Positions 55,894 through 63,485 of a stretch of DNA of 64,000 bases are shown piece after piece. Position 1 is the first letter of the stretch. Each line of letters opens with the position of its first letter. The DNA is taken from contig CAZDDU010000002.1 in assembly GCA_964504255.1 (NCBI GenBank), positions 60,385 to 124,384 of the forward strand, in the 5' to 3' direction. The stretch comes from an uncultured Candidatus Saccharibacteria bacterium. Lineage in GTDB: Bacteria; Patescibacteriota; Minisyncoccia; Phycocordibacterales; Zambryskibacteraceae. Below the pieces are notes generated by a model. That model was not told the DNA's origin. It searched no databases and saw only the letters and a list, made by a program, of their open reading frames with translations. The position numbers and the translations under genes are program-made.

Positions 55894-58043
55894 ACCACAA
55901 TATTCACAACTTTTCCCGGGATTACAATCACCTTTTTGACCTCCACTCCCTCTAACCACTTTGATACATCAGTGTTAGATAGAGCTAATTTCTCAATTTC
56001 ATCTTGATTTTGATCTTTGGAGACGACTATTTGGGCTCTTACCTTACCATTTACTTGGACTACCATGGTTATCTCACTTTTTATCAATTTGGACTCATCA
56101 TGTGCAGGCCAAGGTGTTGCGTGAACAGATTCACTGTGGCCGAGAGTACCCCAGAGTTCTTCTGTCATATGTGGGGCAAAAGGTGCTAGAAGTTTGAGCA
56201 ATGCTTCATACTCGTCTTTGGTAACACCTCCACGCTTCTCTAGTGTGTTCGTGTATATCATCAGTGAAGAGACTGCCGTGTTGAAACTCATGTTCTCTAT
56301 ATCCTCACTAACCTTCTTGATCACACTATTCATCTCAAAATTGTCATCCACTGATAGATCAGACCAAGCAGAACTATTGAGTCTCCATACTTTCTCTAAA
56401 AATCTTCTTGGTCCCACAAGACTTGCCTCACTCCACGCTATTGCTTGCTCGAAGGGGCCCATAAACATCTCATAAACACGAAGAGTATCTGCGCCGAATT
56501 GTTCTATAACCATGTCGGGGTTCACCACATTACCTCTAGACTTACTCATCTTCTCTCCACCTTCACCGAGGATGAAACCGTGTGAGGTGCGCTTCTTGTA
56601 TGGCTCGCTAGTCGGCACGAGTCCGATGTCGAACAAGAATTTGTTCCAAAAGCGCGAATAGAGAAGGTGGAGAGTGGTGTGTTCCATACCACCGTTGTAC
56701 CAATCGACTGGTGCGAAGTACTTGAGAGCGTCTTTAGATGCAAATGCCTCATCATTCTCTGGGTCCATATAGCGGAGGAAGTACCATGAGGATCCTGCCC
56801 AGTTAGGCATGGTATCTGTTTCTCTCTTGGCCTCGCCTCCGCACTTTGGACACTTGGTGTTAACCCACGAATCAATCGATGCAAGTGGTGACTCTCCGGA
56901 ATCAGTTGGTTGGTAATTTTCTACCTCAGGCAGGAGCACTGGCAGGTCGCTCTCTGGTACTGGCACTACTCCACACTTAGCACAGTGTATTACTGGTATT
57001 GGCTCTCCCCAGTATCTCTGACGACTAAAGACCCAGTCACGAAGTTTGTACTTAACCACCCTCTTGCCAAAGTCCTCGAACCCCGCCTTCTTATAATCTG
57101 TAACGATTGGCAAATTATGCTTCTTGGCAAAAACCATATCTCTCTCGTCGTCCGCTGGCACACCCATAATGGCGCCTGTGCCGTAGTCGGAGAGCACATA
57201 CTCTGCCTCCCATACTGGGATCTTCTCCTTTGTCGCAGGGTTTGTAACGTATCTACCTGTAAATTTATCTTCCTTGCCCGAGACAACAAGAAAGGTTGCG
57301 CCATATATAGTGTCGGGACGAGTAGTATAGATCTCGATATCGTCAAACTTTATGAGTGCCCCCTCACTCTTACCTATCCAGTTTCTTTGTTGAGCCTTAA
57401 CTCTCTCTGGGTAATCCACAGTATCGAGGTCTTGAAGCAGCTTTTCTGCATAATCAGTAATCTTGAGCATCCACTGCTCCTTATCTCTCATCTCCACCTC
57501 TGTGCCACACCTCTCACACTTGCCGTCTACGACCTCCTCATTAGCGAGACCGATCTTGTCCTTCGGGCACCAGTTGATAGGCATCTTCGTCTTGTAAGCC
57601 AAACCATGCTCCAAGAATTTAAGGAAGATCCATTGAGTCCACTTGTAGTACTTAGGATCAGTAGTATCGACCTCTCTAGACCAGTCGAAGGATATACCAA
57701 GCGCCTTTAATTGGCGTCTATAATTTTCTATATTTTTTTTCGTTGTGACGGAGGGATGGATACCTGTCTTCAATGCATAATTTTCTGCTGGTAGACCGAA
57801 CGCGTCCCAACCAATTGGATAGAGTACATTAAGATTCTCTCGCCTACGCTTGCGAGAGACTATATCCATAGCGGTGTAGCTCCTTACATGTCCAGTATGA
57901 AGACCCTCGCCAGATGGGTAAGGGAATTCTATAAGCGAGTACCACTTAGGCTTGGCGGAATCCTTAGTTGCATTGTTCTGACCAGTTTCGTCCCACTTGT
58001 CCTGCCACTTCTTCTCTATTTCTTTTGGATCGTACTCCTTCAT
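55887..58043 (-). CDS. leuS: Leucine--tRNA ligase (compact, 718 aa).
   Basis: HTGHVRSY is the HIGH motif. KMSKSRGN is the KMSKS motif. A CP1 editing domain is present. Confidence 0.9.
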   Translation of the reverse strand: MKEYDPKEIEKKWQDKWDETGQNNATKDSAKPKWYSLIEFPYPSGEGLHTGHVRSYTAMDIVSRKRRRENLNVLYPIGWDAFGLPAENYALKTGIHPSVTTKKNIENYRRQLKALGISFDWSREVDTTDPKYYKWTQWIFLKFLEHGLAYKTKMPINWCPKDKIGLANEEVVDGKCERCGTEVEMRDKEQWMLKITDYAEKLLQDLDTVDYPERVKAQQRNWIGKSEGALIKFDDIEIYTTRPDTIYGATFLVVSGKEDKFTGRYVTNPATKEKIPVWEAEYVLSDYGTGAIMGVPADDERDMVFAKKHNLPIVTDYKKAGFEDFGKRVVKYKLRDWVFSRQRYWGEPIPVIHCAKCGVVPVPESDLPVLLPEVENYQPTDSGESPLASIDSWVNTKCPKCGGEAKRETDTMPNWAGSSWYFLRYMDPENDEAFASKDALKYFAPVDWYNGGMEHTTLHLLYSRFWNKFLFDIGLVPTSEPYKKRTSHGFILGEGGEKMSKSRGNVVNPDMVIEQFGADTLRVYEMFMGPFEQAIAWSEASLVGPRRFLEKVWRLNSSAWSDLSVDDNFEMNSVIKKVSEDIENMSFNTAVSSLMIYTNTLEKRGGVTKDEYEALLKLLAPFAPHMTEELWGTLGHSESVHATPWPAHDESKLIKSEITMVVQVNGKVRAQIVVSKDQNQDEIEKLALSNTDVSKWLEGVEVKKVIVIPGKVVNIVVA

Positions 58044-58049
58044 CCGTAA

Positions 58050-58994
58050 TTACTTCTTAACTACTGGGTAAAGCACAGGATCAATAGTACGAGAGAAACA
58101 TTCTTGCCCGGACTTGTGGTCCCAATTCTCCCCAACACCACCATTGTAGTACACAGGTTTTGCCGAGATAGAAGCTATATCTATTCCACTATTCACTGGT
58201 ATACCCTTCCTTGTCTCTCTGTTAAAGTCCGCACAAAGTTCGAAAGTTAGAGTGCCGGTACTCTTGTAGTCATACGCCTTACCTGTTTGAGAATCCACTG
58301 GCAACTTTTGGTAGCTTAGAGAGTCCTCTAAGTCTGCGAGTGCTCCTGGTAACACACCCTTCATTTGGAAATGGTTAATAACCTGCCACTGAATACCCTG
58401 TAGGTCAGTTATCTTCTTCGCATCGTAACGATATGCTCTCTGGTCCGCTGGCGATCCAATGACCATGAAGCCAACAACTATGGATGCAACAGTAACGATT
58501 AGTGCGCCAACTCTCCAAACATTTCTTTCCGTACTTTGTATAAGATTCTTTATTTCGCGGAGATAATATGCGAAGACTCCTCCAGAAATTACAATAAGAG
58601 TAAGGATCTTCAACATGAATCCTGTTGTTAGTTCCTGACCATCGAGGTACATATAGATCACTGTGATGAGATCTCCAGCAACAATGGCTCCTGCGAGGAA
58701 GATAGTGATGTATCCGAGCAATCTTCTTAGTGTTGCCTCGCGCAAACTTGGGTCAGTTATATACATCTTCTCCAATACTCGGGAAATTAGAAGAAAAATT
58801 GGCAAAGCCACGATAAGAGTAGCTACTTGGAAGCTAATAGATGGGAATGCGTACATGTACGCGTCAGTAACTCTAGGATAGGCAAAGTTGATTACCTCAA
58901 ATAACAAAGTAATAAGTGCTACTACACTGGCATAGAAGCTAACCATAGCACCCAAATGCAAGAAAAAGTCCCTTGCGGTTGTTTTTGTGTTCAT
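58050..58994 (-). CDS. Polytopic membrane protein (DUF-type; common in CPR).
   Basis: 314 aa with 5 TM helices and a C-terminal soluble domain. Confidence 0.5.
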   Translation of the reverse strand: MNTKTTARDFFLHLGAMVSFYASVVALITLLFEVINFAYPRVTDAYMYAFPSISFQVATLIVALPIFLLISRVLEKMYITDPSLREATLRRLLGYITIFLAGAIVAGDLITVIYMYLDGQELTTGFMLKILTLIVISGGVFAYYLREIKNLIQSTERNVWRVGALIVTVASIVVGFMVIGSPADQRAYRYDAKKITDLQGIQWQVINHFQMKGVLPGALADLEDSLSYQKLPVDSQTGKAYDYKSTGTLTFELCADFNRETRKGIPVNSGIDIASISAKPVYYNGGVGENWDHKSGQECFSRTIDPVLYPVVKK

Positions 58995-59050
58995 AAGGCT
59001 ATTATACCAAAATTGAGTTATAATTTCCCTGTCCCCAACCAGGAGTCTTA

Positions 59051-59152
59051 GTGGCTGCTAAGAAGCGTCGTTCCAAGAACTATCGCTACCACGAGCCCCG
59101 CCAGACCCACTGCCACTGCTGTGGAAGATCGCTCAAGAAGCGTCGTCGTTGA
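59051..59152 (+). CDS. 33-aa highly basic Cys4/His peptide. Not in the ORF track.
   Basis: (GTG)AAKKRRSKNYRYHEPRQTHCHCCGRSLKKRRR. AGGAG lies 7 nt upstream. A TATAAT lies at 59019-59024. A strong terminator lies immediately downstream. Confidence 0.45.
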   Translation: MAAKKRRSKNYRYHEPRQTHCHCCGRSLKKRRR

Positions 59153-59164
59153 AAGACACCCCAA

Positions 59165-59187
59165 TCGGAGCCCGCTCCGATTTTTTT
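59165..59187 (+). terminator. Rho-independent terminator.
   Basis: TCGGAG-cccg-CTCCGA followed by TTTTTTT. Confidence 0.6.
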
Positions 59188-60001
59188 ATACCAAAAATTC
59201 GATGACGTCTCCGTCCTGTACCACATATTCCTTACCTTCTATTCTTACCCAACCCTTGGCCCGAGCGGCAGCATACGAACCAGCTTCTATGAGTTTGTCA
59301 TAAGCTACAACCTCAGCACGGATAAACTTCTCCATAAAATCAGTATGTATAGATTTCCCTGCCTCCGGCGCAGTTGCATTCCTCTTGGTGGTCCAGGCAC
59401 GAGACTCCTTCTCGCCGGTAGTTAAGAAAGTGATGAGATTCAAAAGGTCGTAACTTGCTTTGATAAGTTGGTCGAGTCCGGTGCCGAAGATAGCATCTAC
59501 TTCTATATATGGTCCTGGGATCTTATCCAGAACGTCTCTCTTGTTCTCTGCAACTTCTGAAGTGTTTACCACATAGAGTACCGGTTTCTTGATACCTGCT
59601 GCCTCGAGCTCCATGTTGATAACCTCAATATCGAAGAGTGGATCAACCTTGTCGTGCACGTGGATGATATCCTTATCTTCAAAGATACGTACAACCTGAA
59701 TAATAGCATCCACCTCACGGATGTTTTGGAGAAATTTGTTGCCGAGCCCTGCACCTTCTGATGCACCCTTAACAAGTCCTGCAATGTCGACAAACTCAAC
59801 AACTGCGGGGATAATCTTCTTCGACTTACTCATCTCACCTAGTCTATCTAGTCTCTCGTCTGGTACAGGCACAATACCAACAGATGGGTCTATGGTACAG
59901 AAGGGGTAGTTCTCCGCCGGCACACTCTTCTTTGTAAGTGCGTTGAAGAGGGTCGACTTCCCCACATTTGGCAAACCAACGATACCGATTGACAGACTCA
60001 T
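59186..60001 (-). CDS. ychF: Ribosome-binding ATPase YchF/Ola1 (short form).
   Basis: The G1 motif reads GIVGLPNVGKST. NYPFCTIDP is present. The C-terminal TGS region reads GKEYVVQDGDVIEF. Confidence 0.85.
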   Translation of the reverse strand: MSLSIGIVGLPNVGKSTLFNALTKKSVPAENYPFCTIDPSVGIVPVPDERLDRLGEMSKSKKIIPAVVEFVDIAGLVKGASEGAGLGNKFLQNIREVDAIIQVVRIFEDKDIIHVHDKVDPLFDIEVINMELEAAGIKKPVLYVVNTSEVAENKRDVLDKIPGPYIEVDAIFGTGLDQLIKASYDLLNLITFLTTGEKESRAWTTKRNATAPEAGKSIHTDFMEKFIRAEVVAYDKLIEAGSYAAARAKGWVRIEGKEYVVQDGDVIEFLV

Positions 60002-60050
60002 ATTGAGTCAGTATTGTATCGAAAGATTCGAACTTTCACAAGGAGTAACG

Positions 60051-60401
60051 ATGTTCGTAGCGCAAATAATTATCCCGAGTATTGTTCTGACTCTATACCT
60101 CCTCCTAACTGCTTGGTTGCTTAATCAAGCCCATAAGTCTGGGGCAAGGATGGCGCAGATGCTCTATGAATCACGAAGGATCAACTCGACAGCAGATTGG
60201 ATTAGGTGGTATCTAAAGAAGTTGAGAAATCCGTATCTCATACTTCTCAAAATCGTGACGGTAGTCGCACTAGTGATGATCCCCCTTCACAGCGCATATG
60301 TCGTCACTTGTGTACTGATCATTTTCTGCTTTGACCTGATGAGGCTAGCGGGTGGAAAACAATACCTTCACGGGTCAGCTCATCAATCGCAGTCTAGCTA
60401 A
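60051..60401 (+). CDS. Small membrane protein.
   Basis: AAGGAG lies 5 nt before the ATG at 60051. Three TM helices. A terminator overlaps the stop. The ORF track starts at 59943. Confidence 0.5.
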   Translation: MFVAQIIIPSIVLTLYLLLTAWLLNQAHKSGARMAQMLYESRRINSTADWIRWYLKKLRNPYLILLKIVTVVALVMIPLHSAYVVTCVLIIFCFDLMRLAGGKQYLHGSAHQSQSS

Positions 60402-60424
60402 CTGCGATTTTATTTTGCTTTTTT
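60386..60424 (+). terminator. Rho-independent terminator.
   Basis: ATCGCAGT-ctagcta-ACTGCGAT followed by TTTATTTTGCTTTTTT. Confidence 0.55.
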
Positions 60425-60991
60425 ACCGAGGTTATTAACCTTTCTCTTCATCCTCTCACTCTGCCACATACCAAAATGTTTGAGGTAACCAAATTTGTAA
60501 ACACGCACAGGAGAGAAACCAGAGAATCCCAAGATGCCCTTTCTAAGCTCGTTTGTAGTATCGCCGAACATGATCCTCTGGATTATTGGCATTGTATCTG
60601 AGGTCACGACCATAGTAGCCGAGCGACCCTTGAGGAGCTTCTGCCACCAATTGCCGTTGTGGGTAAAGTGGTATGCAAAGCCGGGTAACCACACGCGGTC
60701 CATTAGACCCTTAAGTAAGGCGGGCATGGTAGACCACCAAGATGGATAAAATATGACGAAGTGATCAGCCCACTTAACATTTTCTTGGAAGATCTTGAGG
60801 TCTGGCTCTAGCTCTTGGATAGTCTTGTACCCCTTGTGGAGTATGGGGTCGAACTGCATATCACCAAGGTTCATCCTGCGAGTCTCATGTCCAGCCTCTT
60901 CTGCACCTCTTTCATATTCGCTTGCGAGAGTACCGTTCAGGGTATCCTTGTCTGGGTGACCAAGTAGTATAAATATTTTCTTTTTTTTCAT
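60410..60991 (-). CDS. Flavodoxin-like NAD(P)H dehydrogenase (quinone) / FMN reductase.
   Basis: KKIFILLGHPDKDTLNGTLA and a flavodoxin-like fold. 193 aa. Confidence 0.75.
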   Translation of the reverse strand: MKKKKIFILLGHPDKDTLNGTLASEYERGAEEAGHETRRMNLGDMQFDPILHKGYKTIQELEPDLKIFQENVKWADHFVIFYPSWWSTMPALLKGLMDRVWLPGFAYHFTHNGNWWQKLLKGRSATMVVTSDTMPIIQRIMFGDTTNELRKGILGFSGFSPVRVYKFGYLKHFGMWQSERMKRKVNNLGKKAK

Positions 60992-61010
60992 TGTTACCTA
61001 TTCGTTATTC

Positions 61011-61244
61011 CTAATTCATCATCAAACCCTGTAACTCCTTCTGATTTTCTCTCATGACAGCCATAGTGGCCTCGATCTCTGACTGACCACTCTTCTTCCT
61101 CTTTTCGATCTGGTCTCCAATCTTCTTGAAGAAGTCTGGGTTCTTCTCTACAGCACCAATAATGGCTTTCCTTTGTGCTTCGGGCAGGCTCTTTAGCTTA
61201 TGCTCAAGAACCTTCTTCATCATGAAGTTCTGTATTTTACCCAT
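61011..61244 (-). CDS. Small helical hypothetical protein.
   Basis: 77 aa, Lys/Glu-rich. Confidence 0.4.
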   Translation of the reverse strand: MGKIQNFMMKKVLEHKLKSLPEAQRKAIIGAVEKNPDFFKKIGDQIEKRKKSGQSEIEATMAVMRENQKELQGLMMN

Positions 61245-61256
61245 TTACTTTAGGAG

Positions 61257-61418
61257 TTAAGCTGCTGACTTAGGAAGAATCTTGTACATTCCTGTACCGC
61301 AAGTTGAGCAAGTACCCTTTGCTGCTGGGCGTCCAGGTTTGATCTCAACTTTCTGTACATCCTTCATCTCACGTTTCTCTTTGCACTTAACACAGTATCC
61401 AATGACTTTTTCGTCCAT
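61257..61418 (-). CDS. 53-aa zinc-ribbon protein (C-x2-C ... C-x2-C). Not in the ORF track.
   Basis: MDEKVIGYCVKCKEKREMKDVQKVEIKPGRPAAKGTCSTCGTGMYKILPKSAA. Confidence 0.45.
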   Translation of the reverse strand: MDEKVIGYCVKCKEKREMKDVQKVEIKPGRPAAKGTCSTCGTGMYKILPKSAA

Positions 61419-61495
61419 GTGGTTATATTATTCTATTACCCACTCATTATAGCACGTTTTGAGCTCAAATTGTGCTAGTCTAGGTATAGACTTAA

Positions 61496-61687
61496 CTTAC
61501 GGAGTTCCAAATAGCCCGTCCTATTGAAGCAAGTCCAGTTGTCACGGGTGAGGATGCAAAAAAGATTCTGAAGGAGATCAGAGAGGGCACCCCACTCACT
61601 CCTGAGCGCATAGAGCTCTTCAAGAGAGCCGATGAGATCTTCCGCAACTCTGGATCGATCTTCCGCATGAACCGCGAGACTTCCTGA
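61496..61687 (+). other. Small terminated plus-strand transcript. Either a 63-codon ORF with no canonical start or a small RNA.
   Basis: The open frame reads ...AKKILKEIREGTPLTPERIELFKRADEIFRNSG... It contains no in-frame ATG, GTG or TTG. It ends in a strong terminator. Confidence 0.3.
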
Positions 61688-61705
61688 GTCTCGTTTTTTC
61701 TTTTG
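61675..61705 (+). terminator. Rho-independent terminator.
   Basis: CGAGACT-tcctg-AGTCTCG followed by TTTTTTCTTTTG. Confidence 0.55.
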
Positions 61706-61796
61706 TGGTCACGGATATTTTGTTCGCCGTCGCTCACAAAATTCCTCGACCCCGGCTCGGTATCTCAAACTACTGTTTTCGATAAACCTCCGCCTT

Positions 61797-61830
61797 CCAC
61801 AAAAGCACAAAATCCTGCGCAGGCAGGATT
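61797..61830 (-). terminator. Terminator after tRNA-Ala.
   Basis: AATCCTGC-gcag-GCAGGATT followed by TTTGTGCTTTTGTG on the minus strand, 13 nt after the tRNA 3' end. Confidence 0.5.
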
Positions 61831-61843
61831 CTTGTGTCTTTTG

Positions 61844-61916
61844 TGGACCCTATCGGATTCGAACCGATGACCTCCTCATTGCAAATGAGGCGCTCTACCA
61901 ACTAAGCTAAGGGCCC
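61844..61916 (-). tRNA. tRNA-Ala(UGC).
   Basis: A cloverleaf: acceptor GGGCCCT/AGGGTCC with the G3:U70 Ala identity pair, an anticodon loop TTTGCAA (UGC), a T-arm GGTTCGAATCC, and no encoded CCA. Confidence 0.85.
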
Positions 61917-61951
61917 TTCGATGAACTCAGGACACTATCCTACAAGGCACA

Positions 61952-61980
61952 ATATTAACCAACAAAGGCATAAAAATCAA
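61952..61980 (-). promoter_or_regulatory. Promoter for tRNA-Ala (TTGATT-17-TAATAT on the minus strand).
   Basis: Hexamers at 61975-61980 and 61952-61957 (reverse complement), about 35 nt upstream of the tRNA. Confidence 0.4.
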
Positions 61981-61987
61981 CATATAC

Positions 61988-62016
61988 TTGACATTAGAAT
62001 AACTATGTGATAGTAT
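61988..62016 (+). promoter_or_regulatory. Promoter TTGACA-17-TAGTAT for the 86-aa membrane protein gene.
   Basis: It has the same hexamers as the promoter at 13811. It is divergent from the tRNA promoter. Confidence 0.5.
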
Positions 62017-62061
62017 GTTTAGTAGAGATTCAGATCTATAACTCTATTCATTGAGGCTCTG

Positions 62062-62322
62062 ATGCCATACATTCTGCTTTCGGTCCTACTCGGCTGGCTA
62101 GCAGGGTACTTCCTGACCGTGCCCCTCATGGTCTTGATCAGTGTAGTTTGCTTGATCATCGTGATCGGCATGTCCATCAGGCTCCAAGAGATGGCAGGAC
62201 TGGTGACGATAATCTTCGGTGCGTGCGCCATGATCGGGAACCTGATCATGTGGGCGACGTACTACATCGTCACTGACCAGACATTTCTTAGTGATTTCGT
62301 TCAGAAGTACATCACCAGGTAG
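62062..62322 (+). CDS. Small membrane protein (3 TM helices).
   Basis: 86 aa. A GAGG lies upstream. A promoter and a terminator flank it. Confidence 0.5.
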   Translation: MPYILLSVLLGWLAGYFLTVPLMVLISVVCLIIVIGMSIRLQEMAGLVTIIFGACAMIGNLIMWATYYIVTDQTFLSDFVQKYITR

Positions 62323-62324
62323 AT

Positions 62325-62376
62325 GCCGCGAGAAGTCGCGAGACGTAAGTCTCCCCGCTTCTCGCGGCTTTTTGTT
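62325..62376 (+). terminator. Composite rho-independent terminator.
   Basis: The outer stem is GCCGCGAGAAG...CTTCTCGCGGC. An inner GAGAC-gtaa-GTCTC stem sits inside it. TTTTTGTT follows. Confidence 0.55.
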
Positions 62377-62381
62377 CATTT

Positions 62382-62603
62382 TTATGCGACTTTTCTCTCT
62401 TTTTCAAACACTGCCTGTGCTTGTTTGTTCGTTATAGCTATTTCCTGTCTCTCGACCTCAGCTTCAGCCTCATCTTCTGTGAGACCCTTCTCCACCAACT
62501 TCCTAAGTATCTCTGGTCTCTCGGTGGTGAACTTGAACCTAGGCAAACTAGGATCTCCGTGATAATTATTCTCAGGACTGATATCGAATTTTTCTATACT
62601 CAT
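62382..62603 (-). CDS. Small acidic hypothetical protein.
   Basis: 73 aa. It overlaps the ddl start by 4 nt. Confidence 0.4.
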   Translation of the reverse strand: MSIEKFDISPENNYHGDPSLPRFKFTTERPEILRKLVEKGLTEDEAEAEVERQEIAITNKQAQAVFEKERKVA

Positions 62604-63478
62604 ATAGCCATATTTATAACATGGTTTACAAACTCTCTGGGTGTAATACCTACACCTTCTAAAGATCGGTGCATGTGTGATTCTGGTGTAATTACTGGAA
62701 GAGCAGTAGTCTCGAGTATATAAACCTTGCCTTTAGGGGTGACGACAAACTCCGAGGTAGAGTAATGACGGAGTCCAAGAGCCCGATGTGCCTCCGCTGA
62801 CATCCTTTCTATCTCCTTGTGTATATCTGATTTAAAGGTACTTGGAGTGGGTATAAGAGTGTACAAAGACTTGCCTCTGAAGTTCTCCACCACTCCACAC
62901 TTGGCACTGTCTCCTTTAATAAGTTCTTCAACTATTACCCTCTCTGCGTGCTTGAAGGCCTCCACCACAGAGTCCTTGAGCTCATTAAAGCTGTGTGCCA
63001 CTCTCTCGCCAATACTGCTCCTAGTCGAAACAGGTTTAATCATCACTGGATGCAAATAAGTTTGGAATATTCTAACCAAGTCATCATTGCTAATAGAGCC
63101 CAGGAGCACCTCGTGCTTGGGAGTAAGGAGACCATACTGGTCAAAGACTCTTTTAGCCAAATCTTTGTTTAAAGAAAATGCTAGGTGGAGTGAGGTCGAT
63201 CCCGTGTGGGGGACATTCATTTGTGAGAGCATTTGACCAAGTTCGCCGTCCTCACCGAACTCACCATGCATGGCATTCCACACCAAGTCCACATGTCGAA
63301 GAAGTTGGTGTGGCTCATACTTTCTGCCCATATGGTGCCACTCACCATCCTTTGATACGAAGATGTCTAAAGGCGTATACTTCGGCTCATCTCTAAGAAC
63401 CGAAAGAACTGTCTCCCCTGTTTTAAGAGAGTCATCATAATGATTGGAAGGTCCTCCGCGTAAAACAGCAATTCTCAT
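62600..63478 (-). CDS. ddl: D-alanine--D-alanine ligase (ATP-grasp).
   Basis: MRIAVLRGGPSNHYDDSL. An ATP-grasp fold. 292 aa. Confidence 0.8.
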   Translation of the reverse strand: MRIAVLRGGPSNHYDDSLKTGETVLSVLRDEPKYTPLDIFVSKDGEWHHMGRKYEPHQLLRHVDLVWNAMHGEFGEDGELGQMLSQMNVPHTGSTSLHLAFSLNKDLAKRVFDQYGLLTPKHEVLLGSISNDDLVRIFQTYLHPVMIKPVSTRSSIGERVAHSFNELKDSVVEAFKHAERVIVEELIKGDSAKCGVVENFRGKSLYTLIPTPSTFKSDIHKEIERMSAEAHRALGLRHYSTSEFVVTPKGKVYILETTALPVITPESHMHRSLEGVGITPREFVNHVINMAI

Positions 63479-63485
63479 GCTCTAA

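Noticed and set aside
56910-57710. A 266-aa plus-strand ORF inside leuS.
   Set aside because: It is antisense to leuS, Cys/Trp/Leu-rich, and has no signals.
61492-61737. An 81-aa minus-strand ORF.
   Set aside because: It runs through a plus-strand terminator and a low-complexity region. The plus-strand transcript unit is better supported.
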